From contig JBLWGC010000176.1 in assembly GCA_048772705.1 (NCBI GenBank), positions 1 to 14,122 of the forward strand: a DNA stretch of 14,122 nucleotides, written 5' to 3'. Made by a program: the position numbers and the translations under genes. Positions within the stretch are counted from its first letter, which is position 1, and the number at the start of each line of letters is the position of its first letter. The notes under the pieces are model-generated. The model did no database searches. It was not told the DNA's origin and saw only the letters and a list, made by a program, of their open reading frames with translations. The stretch is from Leidyana gryllorum EB-2025a (Eukaryota > Protista > Apicomplexa). Positions 13,926-14,122 of the stretch are shown here, piece by piece.

Positions 13926-13980
13926 TGACAAGAGTGGGATTCGAACCCACGCCCTTTCGGACTGCGGCCTTAACACAGTG
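13926..13980 (-). pseudogene. trnL: tRNA-Leu(AAG) 3' part, D-arm deleted
   Basis: Reverse complement CTGTG-TT-AAG-GC-CGCAG..GGGTTCGAATCCCACTCTTGTCA. Confidence 0.75.
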
Positions 13981-14070
13981 TTTTTGGCTTGCTGCTTCAC
14001 GCGGTTTTTGTCCATAGAATCTCGAAACTGGTAAGACGTCTGAGGCTGAGTGGCGGCGTGTTTGCAAGCG

Positions 14071-14122
14071 TCCGAGATAGTATAGTGGTTAGTATTTCCG
14101 CCTCCCTGATGCGGGAACCCGG
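14071..14122 (+). pseudogene. trnD: tRNA-Asp 5' part with corrupted anticodon loop, cut by window end
   Basis: TCCGAGATAGTATAGTGGTTAGTATTTCCGCCT matches Asp. Confidence 0.7.

Noticed and set aside
795-14067. All listed ORFs (60-213 aa), including 8015-8656
   Set aside because: They overlap tRNA genes on either strand; recurring peptides such as GIEPG, GSNP and GFEP are translations of T-arm sequence; frames are not conserved between repeat copies and no domain is recognisable.
48-14122. CRISPR array or repeat-spacer system
   Set aside because: The recurring motifs are tRNA A/B boxes; spacers are themselves repeated, and there is no constant repeat length or cas gene.
48-14122. Bacterial, phage or organellar tRNA array
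   Set aside because: No encoded CCA, eukaryotic initiator T-loop, many A34 anticodons, a canonical 37/38 intron, mixed strands and heavy pseudogenisation all point to a eukaryotic nuclear locus.
48-14122. tRNA-derived SINE family
   Set aside because: Many different isotypes, no common body or tail, no poly-A or target-site duplications; copies spread as multi-gene blocks with flanks.

Overview
This window has no credible protein-coding gene. It is a very dense, shuffled array of about 85 eukaryotic nuclear-type tRNA genes, pseudogenes and fragments on both strands (about one per 165 bp), covering 17 amino-acid isotypes plus initiator Met. Eukaryotic signs: no encoded CCA ends, an initiator tRNA with a GATCGAAA T-loop, A34 anticodons (AGC, AGG, AGT, AAC, AAT, AGA, AAG) and an intron-bearing tRNA-Tyr. 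The array is built from a few multi-tRNA modules (Gln-Val-Asp-Leu; Pro-iMet-Thr-Glu; Ser-Lys-Ile; Lys-Glu; Gly-Leu-Asp) repeated in direct and inverted orientation, with small deletions, duplications and one micro-inversion. The most notable signal is in the tRNA-Gln family. One copy is identical to tRNA-Gln(CTG) except for a TTA (ochre) anticodon, and two damaged copies carry CTA (amber). This fits either a UAA/UAG=Gln genetic code (table 6-like) or suppressor alleles produced by G36>A drift. Also seen: a His body with a Tyr anticodon close to a Tyr body with a His anticodon, a Ser body with an Asn anticodon, and 7-nt tRNA-Tyr introns. All calls were made by eye, so ends may be off by 1-3 nt, and some copy-to-copy divergence could be sequencing or assembly error.
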